NCBI GenBank assembly: GCA_038888155.1
Contig: JAWAJB010000010.1
Location: forward strand, 1 to 22,378
Direction of reading: 5' to 3'
From: Desulfurococcaceae archaeon
GTDB lineage: Archaea > Thermoproteota > Thermoprotei_A > Sulfolobales > Desulfurococcaceae
DNA: 22,378 nt
The notes beneath the pieces are model-generated. The model ran no database searches, was not told the origin of the DNA, and saw only the letters and a list, made by a program, of their open reading frames with translations. Each line of letters opens with the position of its first letter. The stretch's first letter is position 1. The translations under genes and the position numbers were made by a program. Of this stretch, positions 7,795-16,649 are shown piece after piece.

Positions 7795-8550
7795 GTGTCT
7801 TCCCTGGATGTAATAATAGACTCTGTTACTGTGATCCGAGGGGGAAAGGTGGTATTGAGCAACCTATCAGCGGAATTAAGGGGACCTGGTCTATTTCAAG
7901 TGATAGGCCCAAATGGATCGGGTAAGACTACACTATTGCTGACTATCATGGGATTTATTAAACCGCACAAGGGAAGAGTACTTATAAGCACTCAGTGCGG
8001 GAGCAATGGAAGGAGACCTTTCTCCTACATGCCTCAATCATTCTCCACTCCAAGCTATGCCCCAATAACTGTTTATGAATTTGTGAAGAATTATTTAGCG
8101 TTGACTCGCTCTTGGCCTAGGTTATGGGGGGTCAAGGTGGACGACTATGTCGTTGAAGCCCTTGAACTCGTGGGAATACCGAGGTCCAATTGGGAAGAAA
8201 AAATAAGCAAGCTCTCAAGCGGCATGGTACAGCGCGCAATGTTGGCGAGAACTCTCGCGCTGGATGCACCGATTGTTCTGCTCGACGAGCCTCTCTCAAG
8301 CATAGACCCAAGCGGTAAAGCGGAGATAGCAGACCTGCTTGCTAGGACCTCGCGAGAGAGAACAGTAATCGTAACAAGTCACGATCCTCTCTTGCTTGTA
8401 AGATATACCAAGAAAGTATTGCTTTTGGGTTTCGGTGAATACGTTTATGGGGATACAGGCGAGGTGTTGAGGAAGGAAACGCTGCAGAGGTTCTACAAAA
8501 AATGTGCAATAGAATTAGAAACGCAGACTCACATAACTGATTGGCACTAA
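7795..8550 (+). CDS. znuC: Zn/Mn ABC transporter ATP-binding subunit (ZnuC-like)
   Basis: Walker A GPNGSGKTT, YMPQ Q-loop, LSSGMVQR signature, Walker B LLDEP, SHD; C-terminal C...H..DWH. Confidence 0.92.
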   Translation: MSSLDVIIDSVTVIRGGKVVLSNLSAELRGPGLFQVIGPNGSGKTTLLLTIMGFIKPHKGRVLISTQCGSNGRRPFSYMPQSFSTPSYAPITVYEFVKNYLALTRSWPRLWGVKVDDYVVEALELVGIPRSNWEEKISKLSSGMVQRAMLARTLALDAPIVLLDEPLSSIDPSGKAEIADLLARTSRERTVIVTSHDPLLLVRYTKKVLLLGFGEYVYGDTGEVLRKETLQRFYKKCAIELETQTHITDWH

Positions 8551-8668
8551 TTCTCCCACTTTAGCGTTTGGTAAAAGCTTATTTGTCAAACTACAAATTC
8601 TTAGTTAAAAACCTAGAAGAACAAGATACTTTCTTGAAAAAGAGAGCAGTGGAGGAGAGGCATAAATA

Positions 8669-9502
8669 ATGGTGTTCAAGCTTCTAGAGGGTGAAGCTTA
8701 CTTGTACAACGGGTTGTTGTTCCTAACAAAGGGATATCAACACCCCGAGGGCTTCGTAGTTGCTTACCCTAGGTACAGCCTCTTAACAGGCACAAAACTG
8801 AGGGATTACGAGAGGTTGCAGTACTCTACGAGCTTTTACTGGAGCTGTATTAAGCAGAGAGTCCCAACTATACCACTTAGCGAAGCAGTTGTTTACAAGG
8901 ATGGGAGTCTTTCCAGTGCAGCCAATTACATTATAGAGTTAATACGATCTCTTCTCGAAGTAGATGTTTATTTAACAGGCTCGGCCTTGATTGCAGACTC
9001 CTACAACGACATCGACATAGTAGTATACGGTGCGAACCAAGGGGTCGTTGAAAGGCTGAGTGAAGCTTTCAATAGGGGGGTTATAGAAAGATCAGAGTGG
9101 CTTATTATCGAAGATTACTTAGGCAAGCACTCTAAGGAAATGTCTCTCTCAGACTACCTCTACTTAAAGCGAAGAACTCTACTTCATGGGAACTACAGAG
9201 GCACTCACATAAACCTTAAGCTCGTGGAGATGAAGCAGGGATTTAATGGATGCGTAGATCCAGTATACTCATGTAGTTCATATACGGGTGTGGTAAAACT
9301 AATAGAGCCCCTAAACCCCCATTTGATACCAGCTAGGTATCGCGTTGAGCTAGATGGCAGAGAGGCAACGCTCGAGACAATGAGAGAGCTGTACTGTGAG
9401 CTGGGGCCGGGGCTATACTACTCTCATAACTGCAGGCTAGAGTACAGAAGAGGCGGCTTGTACATCATGCCAGATCAATGCTCTTTCACTCCGTTGCGAT
9501 AA
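8669..9502 (+). CDS. Predicted archaeal nucleotidyltransferase (COG1665-like, Pol-beta superfamily)
   Basis: KGYQHPEGFVVAYPRY N-terminus; LTGSAL....DIDIVVYG (GS plus DxD motif); SD-like GGAGGA at 8651-8656. Confidence 0.75.
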   Translation: MVFKLLEGEAYLYNGLLFLTKGYQHPEGFVVAYPRYSLLTGTKLRDYERLQYSTSFYWSCIKQRVPTIPLSEAVVYKDGSLSSAANYIIELIRSLLEVDVYLTGSALIADSYNDIDIVVYGANQGVVERLSEAFNRGVIERSEWLIIEDYLGKHSKEMSLSDYLYLKRRTLLHGNYRGTHINLKLVEMKQGFNGCVDPVYSCSSYTGVVKLIEPLNPHLIPARYRVELDGREATLETMRELYCELGPGLYYSHNCRLEYRRGGLYIMPDQCSFTPLR

Positions 9503-9757
9503 GCATATAGTCCCTACCCTTACTTTTGCCTGTAGTTGAAAAAGGGATGAAGTCTATTAAGGGACTCTAAAGCTTTAAAGTGCTGGACTTAAGTTCCTAC
9601 ACAACCTAGTCCTTTAGTTCTATTTCCTCCTCTATGTGAAAATTTTAATGTCAAATTGAGTGGGCAATTTACCTAATAGCACGTACGAAGCGCTGAGAGG
9701 GGAATGATAACCATTAAGATTGAAAAAATAAAAATCGAGGACATCTGTTATCTATGT

Positions 9758-10387
9758 CTATCTACTTGACATTGCTTCTATAATTAGTTGACAGAACTCC
9801 GGTAAATCGTCCGGAACCCTTGCCGTAATTATGTTGCCGTCCTTCACAGCTGGTTGGTTAACGAACTCAGCTCCAGCGTTTATTAAGTCATCCTTGACAG
9901 CTAGAAATCCAGTGGCCTTCCTCCCTCTGATGATCCCAGCTGAGATCAAAACTTGAGGTCCATGGCAAATAGCCGCTATCACCTTACCCTGCTCGTTTGC
10001 CTTCTTAACAAACTCCAATACATCAGGAACAATCCTCAGGTTATCTGGCGAGAAACCTCCCGGGATAATTATAGCATCGATATCCTCAACTTTAACGTCT
10101 TTGAGCTCTCTAATTAAGTGTCTTTCGCCCTCCCTGAAAACCTGAAGCGGGATAGGAGTTCCATACCTGCCTGTTATAGGCTTATCGTGAAGTGCCGGTC
10201 TTGGGTGAATTCCCCTTTTTACAGGGACTATTATGACTTCAGCGCCCTCTTCGCTTAATCTCACAAACGGGTACAGCAGCTCTATGTCCTCAAACTCTTG
10301 GGCTACAATAATTGCAACTCTTTTTCCCTTTAACCTCGTGCCAGGACCAACTCTCCGAATAAGTGCCACGGCCTTCCCCTGGTACAA
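9758..10387 (-). CDS. pfpI: PfpI/DJ-1 family protein (type 1 glutamine amidotransferase-like; intracellular protease/deglycase)
   Basis: FEDIELLYP, IIPGGFSPDNLR, AAICHGPQVLISA nucleophile elbow, DGNIITARVPDDLP. The start may be the downstream GTG (VALIRR). Confidence 0.92.
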   Translation of the reverse strand: MYQGKAVALIRRVGPGTRLKGKRVAIIVAQEFEDIELLYPFVRLSEEGAEVIIVPVKRGIHPRPALHDKPITGRYGTPIPLQVFREGERHLIRELKDVKVEDIDAIIIPGGFSPDNLRIVPDVLEFVKKANEQGKVIAAICHGPQVLISAGIIRGRKATGFLAVKDDLINAGAEFVNQPAVKDGNIITARVPDDLPEFCQLIIEAMSSR

Positions 10388-10645
10388 ATTTCACTTAGAC
10401 TTTATTTATTTTTTATTAAAATAGTGAATACGGTGTAGTTGAGCAGGCGAGGTAATTATTTAAACTGTACTAGTGTTTAAAAATAATTTAAATTTAAATA
10501 AGCAAATCACCCTCAAGCCTTTGAAACAATCTGCGCTCAACTAATTAAAAACCGTAAAAAGTATATCCGGCGTATATACAGCGGTATTAACGTTTAAAAA
10601 CCTCTAAAGGTACATCTTATTATGAAAACATAGGTGGGGAAAGAG

Positions 10646-10768
10646 ATGAATCCCCTAGACTATGTTTTCATAATATTAATGGTTGAGATAGGAGTAGCTA
10701 TACTTATGTCTCTGTTCTCTGCTTACAGGGAAATAATAACGTTGCAAACTTTCTGGGAGCAACTATAG
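10646..10768 (+). CDS. Small (40 aa) putative membrane protein
   Basis: MNPLDYVFIILMVEIGVAILMSLFSAYREIITLQTFWEQL; SD-like AGGTGGGG at 10632-10639; TATA-like TTTAAAAA at about 10594-10601; one hydrophobic helix. Below the ORF-track cutoff. Confidence 0.45.
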   Translation: MNPLDYVFIILMVEIGVAILMSLFSAYREIITLQTFWEQL

Positions 10769-11284
10769 CCTTAAAGAAAAATTCTCAGTGGATAACCTAC
10801 CCCACCTTCCTTCGAAGCAATCTTCAAAACAGATTCGTGTACTACTCTACTGTTAAGATGTACGCAAACTAACAGTTATTTGACTGTTTTAGAACAAATA
10901 AGTTAAGACTTGAATTGATAAACAATGGATACGGGGAATAGGACCTGTTGCTAGAACTCGCAGGTGTTTTGATTTCAATACACACGAAGCGAAAACTTGA
11001 ATACCGCTATTCAATTTCTCAAAAGCTCTTCCTTCACGCACCCCCCAAATTTTCATATTGCTGCTTTCAAAAACAGGTTGACGCTTTATGCTTATCGACT
11101 TTTGCCGGAAAATAAATCTCGTGTTAACAACTCAAGTCAACCTTCTTTAGCAAAACAAATGACCTCAAATAAATGAGGTTAAGTGCGGACGAAATTCATT
11201 AAAGTTTTGGATTTATTTTAACGCTAGTTGTACACGAGATTAAGGGATTGTTAAAAACATGTGTACACCTCCTTAATGAAGTTT

Positions 11285-12685
11285 TTATCCTTTCCTTTTC
11301 ATCTTCATTAAAGCTACAGCTAGAGCTAATAGGAGGGCCAAAGCTACTGGTATTACAAGCAACTCGCTAGGAAGTCCCCCCTGGACTGGCAAGGTAGTTG
11401 TCTGGGTTCCTCCAGGTGGCGTGTTAGTTAGGGTAGTTGTTGGCGTTGTTGTGTAGAAGGGAGGCGAAGTCTGTGGAGGTGGCGTGGTAGCCGGCGTAGT
11501 AGGAGTTGCCGTTGTAAATATAGTGTATTTTGATTTCGGCTCGACTAAAGGATGGAGGTCTACCTCTATTTTACTAGAAGTGAATGGATCCACTGAGAAG
11601 TAGGGAACATCACCAATTCCATCTTCGTTGTTATCAAATCCATTGTAATCGCTCCAGTAATTTCCAAGGATTCCAAATAGCTCCCTGTTGCGGTAACGAT
11701 ACCTTAATGGGCTAGGGGAGTTGAGTTGCCCCTGCCTTGACTCGCAATTAACGCATACGTACTGTACAGAGTTAGATACGAAGTCGTTTAAGTAGGCAAT
11801 GTCACCCGACTTGGAGTCTATGTACATGCCGTAGTAGTTATTCGCAAAGGTGTTCCCAGTTACTCTGTTGCCCGTAGTGTTGGTGAGAAACAAGCCGTAG
11901 GCATTTCCCTTCAGCGCGTTTTCAATTATTGAGTTATCCCAAGAGCTATCTAAGATTAATGCATGGGTATTATTAGCGATCAAGTTGTTCGCCATTGTGT
12001 TATGCGAGGATTTTTGAATAATCGAGCCGGCGTTTCTTATAACAGTGTTGTTAATAATGGTGTTATTTTGACATGAGAGGATCACAAGAGCCCAGTTATT
12101 GCCTTCAAGTGTGTTATTCGCTACGAGGTTATCAGTTGCACCTCTCCCTTCAACTAAAATCCCTGCATATTCGTTGTCCTTAATCACGTTTTTAATAATT
12201 AAGTTGCCGCGAGAGCCTATATAGATTCCGTTCTCGCTGTTGGATGAAACAGTGTTGGCTACTATAGTGTTCCCCCACGATGCCGGCGAGCTAATGCCCT
12301 GCGCGTTTTTATGTATGTAGCTACTCTCAATGGTGTTGTTCGTAGATGGGTAAACTAAGCTAATCCCCCACCAGTAGTTCTCTACTTTTATGTTCCTAAT
12401 CACAGTGTTATTGCCGTGCACGCTTATTCCTGTTCCCTGACCATAGCCCTTAATAGAGTAGCCTTGTCCATCTAACACAACGCCATTTGCGGCTATTCTT
12501 ATACACGTAAACCCATCTTCACTTATCCCCGCTAAATCTCTAGTTAGTACGTAGTACCCCGGTTTATCTATTTTTCCGCAACTAGCTATAGTTGAAGTTG
12601 AGGACGATCCTGTGAGGTCAGCAACAGGGATTAAGGCAATGAGCACAAAAAAGAGGAGTAGAGGAGATTTATTGAAGTCGTTCAA
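11285..12685 (-). CDS. Cell-surface right-handed beta-helix (NosD/CASH domain) protein with Thr/Pro-rich stalk and C-terminal TM anchor
   Basis: Signal peptide; IDKPGYYVLTRD...VVLDGQGY; repeated N(T/N)I..N...N...GI PbH1 units; GNYWSDYNGFDNNEDGIGDVPY; T/P linker; hydrophobic helix followed by KMKRKG. Confidence 0.88.
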   Translation of the reverse strand: MNDFNKSPLLLFFVLIALIPVADLTGSSSTSTIASCGKIDKPGYYVLTRDLAGISEDGFTCIRIAANGVVLDGQGYSIKGYGQGTGISVHGNNTVIRNIKVENYWWGISLVYPSTNNTIESSYIHKNAQGISSPASWGNTIVANTVSSNSENGIYIGSRGNLIIKNVIKDNEYAGILVEGRGATDNLVANNTLEGNNWALVILSCQNNTIINNTVIRNAGSIIQKSSHNTMANNLIANNTHALILDSSWDNSIIENALKGNAYGLFLTNTTGNRVTGNTFANNYYGMYIDSKSGDIAYLNDFVSNSVQYVCVNCESRQGQLNSPSPLRYRYRNRELFGILGNYWSDYNGFDNNEDGIGDVPYFSVDPFTSSKIEVDLHPLVEPKSKYTIFTTATPTTPATTPPPQTSPPFYTTTPTTTLTNTPPGGTQTTTLPVQGGLPSELLVIPVALALLLALAVALMKMKRKG

Positions 12686-12703
12686 TAAATCACCAGGTTA
12701 TAC

Positions 12704-12854
12704 TTAAGTGCGCTAAAACTTAAAAAGGCTTCTAGGAAAGCCGAACTAAGCTCGTTGCACCTCAACAATGATAAATTAACGTAGGCGCCAAATTTAAGGA
12801 GGATTAAATACTTATGATCATTATTGGGAGGGATCATTTAAGTGCGCAAAAGCT
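12704..12854. repeat. 17-bp direct repeat (15/17 identical), putative operator pair between the divergent surface-protein genes
   Basis: TTAAGTGCGCTAAAACT (12704-12720) and TTAAGTGCGCAAAAGCT (12838-12854). The 9-bp core TTAAGTGCG also occurs at 11179-11187. Confidence 0.6.
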
Positions 12855-12929
12855 CATGCTAATTTAACAGTAACTTCTCTTAAATATTTTGTTGCAATAT
12901 AGTGTAACAGGGGAAGATGTGATGTTCCA

Positions 12930-14426
12930 TTGTTAATTACAAGCTGGAGGAAAAGCGCGACATCTCTTTTGGTGTTAATTTCGTTGTATTTAATTGTTCT
13001 ACAAAGCTTTAGTCCAACTGCAAGCGCTAGGACTATTATCGTGCCGACTAACTACCCAGATATACAGTCTGCTATTAACGCTGCATCTAGTGGAGACGTT
13101 ATAACTGTCTTCGATGGAGTGTACAGAGGATTTAAAGTAACCAAGAGCGTAGTCATACTTGGCTCTAGCCCCAATGATGTGATCATTAACGGCACGGTGG
13201 AAATCTACGCTAGCAACGTCAGGCTTTCTTCAATGAAGATAGTGCTTAATACCTCAGATCCTAAGAGCTCAGCTATTATGGTTTTTGGTCAGGATGTGTT
13301 GCTCGGCAACCTTGTAATTGAGAGCGGCGGCTATGGGGTATACGTTGGCAATGTAAGCTACACGAACTCAACATTGAATATCGAATATACGACAATAAAT
13401 GCAAGCAGCGGGGGGATCGGCGGATTGATCTCTTCTTTACACGTTTACTTAAGCACAATAAAGACTGTTAAAGGCAGGGGAATCGAAGGCGCTACTTATC
13501 TAGAACTTCAAAATAGCACTGTATTAACGAGTAGCGAATCTCCAGCTATAGTTACCAGGTTTGGTGGTAGAGCTAGCATAAGCTATAGCGAGCTATCATC
13601 TAATGGACCGGCGGTCTACCTATCTTCATCGAGGGACTCTGTAGTTGTAAACAACAAGTTGGTAGGGGATGTTGGCATTTACTTAGACCACGGGGCTAGT
13701 AATTATTTATTCAAGAACATCATACTTTCAAATAGTATTGGAATACACGTGCTGAACAGCAAAGGCAATTTAATAGAGGGGAACACGATCTCTTCGCGCC
13801 AATACTCAATACGCCTTCAAGGAGGGGATGAGAACATAATAAGCTACAACGAATTATCTGGTGGAAGAGGAGTTGAAACAGGCCCTGCGTATAGGAATAC
13901 AATTGCCTTCAACTTCATCAACAGGACAGGTAGTATTGGGATATTTATGTCAAAATACACCGGCGGAAACGTTATATACGGGAACACCTTTTGGCACTGC
14001 TACAACTACAACGCTGCCGACGAAAGCGGCGAGAATCTGTGGTATTTTGAAAACGAGACATCTAAAGTAGGCAACTATTGGTATGATCATACGTCACCCG
14101 ATAGCAATAGCGATGGAATTGTGGATGTCCCCTACTACATAGCCACGACGCTCGACAAAAAGATCATAGATAAATACCCCCTAGCCAAGCCAATTTTCTA
14201 CCCTATGCTGACCCCCTCTCCTACCACTTCGCCACCGCTAACAACTCCTATTCAGACTCCAACTCCGACAACGAGCATCACATTAACTACCTCAGCTCAA
14301 ACCTCTTCACCTGCTTACACTACAACGACCCCTGTTAGCTCAGGCGAATCGCTTCCAATTTACTTAGTTCTTGCGCCGCTGGCGCTAATTATAGCCTTAG
14401 TGCTCTTCCTTAAGTTCAGAAGGTAG
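12930..14426 (+). CDS. Cell-surface right-handed beta-helix (NosD/CASH domain) protein with Thr/Pro-rich stalk and C-terminal TM anchor
   Basis: Signal peptide; VPTNYPDIQSAINAASSGDVITV..GVY; PbH1 repeats; GNYWYDHTSPDSNSDGIVDVPY...DKYPL; T/P linker; TM helix followed by KFRR. Confidence 0.88.
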   Translation: MLITSWRKSATSLLVLISLYLIVLQSFSPTASARTIIVPTNYPDIQSAINAASSGDVITVFDGVYRGFKVTKSVVILGSSPNDVIINGTVEIYASNVRLSSMKIVLNTSDPKSSAIMVFGQDVLLGNLVIESGGYGVYVGNVSYTNSTLNIEYTTINASSGGIGGLISSLHVYLSTIKTVKGRGIEGATYLELQNSTVLTSSESPAIVTRFGGRASISYSELSSNGPAVYLSSSRDSVVVNNKLVGDVGIYLDHGASNYLFKNIILSNSIGIHVLNSKGNLIEGNTISSRQYSIRLQGGDENIISYNELSGGRGVETGPAYRNTIAFNFINRTGSIGIFMSKYTGGNVIYGNTFWHCYNYNAADESGENLWYFENETSKVGNYWYDHTSPDSNSDGIVDVPYYIATTLDKKIIDKYPLAKPIFYPMLTPSPTTSPPLTTPIQTPTPTTSITLTTSAQTSSPAYTTTTPVSSGESLPIYLVLAPLALIIALVLFLKFRR

Positions 14427-14574
14427 GAGTGGCTTATTATCAAACATTCCATTTTTATGGAGGGCCCTCCAAACACCTTTCTGGTTGTAAACGCGTCTTG
14501 GGGCAAATATGTAGAGCCAGTAAGCAACGCGTTAAATAGTTGTAAGCTCCTACTGAAAAATTAGGTGTATAGAA

Positions 14575-15894
14575 ATGAGCATTCGACAGCTCAAGAAGAG
14601 GGTGTGTAGCGTTATAGATGATATAGCACCAGAGCTTATAGCTCTAGGAGAAGAGTTGCGCAGAGTCCCTGAGCTGGGTTTCAAGGAATTTAAGACTTCA
14701 AGCATCTTCAAGAGAGAGCTAAATAGAATAGGACTAAGCTACCAAGACAATCTCGCTATAACCGGGGTTAAGGCTAGACTTAAAGGCGACGGAAAACCAA
14801 CAGTAGCAGTTCTAGGCGAACTTGACGCCGTCCCATCTCCTGAGCACCCGCTCGCAGACAAAACTACGGGAGCTGCCCACGCCTGCGGGCATAACGTGCA
14901 GTTAGCCACTGTTATCGGTGTTGGGAGAGCATTGGTGGAGTCGGGCGCTATAAATGAATTGGCAGGAGACGTAATACTCATGGCAGTTCCAGCTGAAGAG
15001 TTCGTTGAAGTAGAGTACAGGATGAAGCTGAAAGAGGAGAGACAAATAGAGTTTCTGGGCGGAAAACAGGAGCTAATAAAAATAGGGGCCTTCGATGATG
15101 TAGATCTAGCAATGATGATCCACTCTCAATCCAATACTCCAGAGAGGAAAGTACAAGTAAACAACACAGCTAACGGCTTTTTGGCTAAGTACATTAAATT
15201 CACAGGGAGATCAGCCCATGCAGGCGCAAGGCCGCATGAAGGAGTAAATGCCCTAAACGCAGCAGCTTTAGCCATCCTTGCAATACACGCACAGCGCGAA
15301 GCGTTTAAAGACGAGGACTCAATTAGAGTCCACGGAATAATAACCAAAGGAGGAGATGCCGTTAACGTTGTTCCGTCCGACGTCAGAATGGAGTTGTTTG
15401 TAAGGGGAAAAACAAAACCAGCAATCGAAGACGCGAGCAATAAGGTTAACAGAGCGGTTAAATCTGGGGCTATCGCTGTAGGGGCATCGGTAGAGATACA
15501 GAACATACCAGGTTACTTACCCTTAGATCAAAGCAGAGACTTCTCCGATGTTTTTAGGCTCAACGCACTAGATCTGCTCGGAGAGGGAAGTGTAGCTGAA
15601 GGAGGGCACAACGCAGCATCAACGGATATGGGGGACGTCTCTCACTTGATCCCCTCTATTCACCCTTTCATTGGGGGGTTCACTGGAAGCTCCCACGCAA
15701 AGGACTTCGATATCAAAGACCCTGAGATGGCTTATGTGATCTCAACTAAGATAATGGCCATGACTATAGTTGACTTGTTGGCGAACAGCGCTGAGAAGGC
15801 CAAGGAGATTAAATGCAGGTTCACGCCAAAAATGAGAAAGGAAGACTACTTAGAGTACATGAGGAAAACCTTTGTAACTATTGTTGAAAAGTGA
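14575..15894 (+). CDS. M20 family metallopeptidase/amidohydrolase (M20D/ACY1L2/AbgA-like)
   Basis: PELGFKEFKT, GELDA, HACGHN, PAEE, GRSAHAG..PHEGVNAL, GGDAVNVVP, STDMGDVS, H. Confidence 0.92.
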   Translation: MSIRQLKKRVCSVIDDIAPELIALGEELRRVPELGFKEFKTSSIFKRELNRIGLSYQDNLAITGVKARLKGDGKPTVAVLGELDAVPSPEHPLADKTTGAAHACGHNVQLATVIGVGRALVESGAINELAGDVILMAVPAEEFVEVEYRMKLKEERQIEFLGGKQELIKIGAFDDVDLAMMIHSQSNTPERKVQVNNTANGFLAKYIKFTGRSAHAGARPHEGVNALNAAALAILAIHAQREAFKDEDSIRVHGIITKGGDAVNVVPSDVRMELFVRGKTKPAIEDASNKVNRAVKSGAIAVGASVEIQNIPGYLPLDQSRDFSDVFRLNALDLLGEGSVAEGGHNAASTDMGDVSHLIPSIHPFIGGFTGSSHAKDFDIKDPEMAYVISTKIMAMTIVDLLANSAEKAKEIKCRFTPKMRKEDYLEYMRKTFVTIVEK

Positions 15895-15979
15895 GTTAAA
15901 AACATTTGGAGACCTGGTTAACTTCTCCCAAGTTTTTACTGAGTTATTGCATTTCCTCTTGTACATTAACTCTAAATTC

Positions 15980-16021
15980 CGGCGCTTAGCGCCGAGGGAA
16001 GGTTTCTCCATTATTATAAAA
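15980..16021 (+). promoter_or_regulatory. 15-bp palindrome (perfect 7-bp arms) upstream of the lemA TATA box
   Basis: CGGCGCT-T-AGCGCCG at 15980-15994; TATA-like TTATAAAA at 16014-16021. Confidence 0.4.
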
Positions 16022-16052
16022 CCCCTTAACTCATTATACTAATTATCTTGAG

Positions 16053-16649
16053 TTGAGGGAGACCGCGTTGGGCTTAATTGAGATTATATCTATCTTGCTC
16101 GTTTTAGTTGTTGTGACTATTTTTATTGGACTTTACGTAAGTATATACAATCGCTTCATGAGGCTTCGCAACGCTGCTTCAGCGACTTTAGGGCAAATTA
16201 GAGTTGCGCTAAGGAAGCGATTAGACTTAATTACATCTCTCGTAGATGCTGTTGGCTCATACACTAGGTTCGAAAAAGAGGTCCTGGAGTCTATTACGAG
16301 GCTAAGATCGTCAATTACCGCTTCCTCTCCCGAGGAAGTAGTCAAAGCCGAGAGAGAAACGAGGGACTTGCTTGGCAGGCTCCTTGTCGTGGTTGAAAGG
16401 TACCCTGACCTAAAGGCAGCAGAAGCCGTGAAGAAGCTTATGGACTCCTCAAGGGAGATAGAAGATGAAATTGCCAGGCATAGATACACCTACAATAACA
16501 TTGTCCAGGAGTACAACACAATGATTGACGCTATCCCAAGCCGTTTTGTTGCAATACTTATTGGCTTACAGAAGTTCCCATACCTCGAGGTCGGAGGCGA
16601 GGAAATTGAGCGCAGACCCTCACTGGTATTTTACGGTGAGAAGAGGTGA
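16053..16649 (+). CDS. lemA: LemA family protein
   Basis: N-terminal TM; YNRFMRLRN, LRKRLDLI..LV, ERYPDLKA, EDEIA..RY.YN..V..YN..I...PS. Confidence 0.93.
   Translation: MRETALGLIEIISILLVLVVVTIFIGLYVSIYNRFMRLRNAASATLGQIRVALRKRLDLITSLVDAVGSYTRFEKEVLESITRLRSSITASSPEEVVKAERETRDLLGRLLVVVERYPDLKAAEAVKKLMDSSREIEDEIARHRYTYNNIVQEYNTMIDAIPSRFVAILIGLQKFPYLEVGGEEIERRPSLVFYGEKR

Noticed and set aside
10450-10590. AT-rich inverted repeats upstream of pfpI (TTTAAAC/GTTTAAA, GTATAT/ATATAC)
   Set aside because: Short and expected by chance in very AT-rich sequence.
753-10633. Genome-wide amber recoding (pyrrolysine-like), suggested by in-frame TAGs at 755-753 and 10631-10633
   Set aside because: TAG ends several full-length genes at their expected C-termini (2992, 4338, 9758, 14426, 19226), and no pyl genes are visible.
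11285-14426. Nitrous-oxide reductase maturation (nosD) function
   Set aside because: No nosZ/F/Y/L nearby. The stalk and anchor architecture is that of generic archaeal surface proteins.
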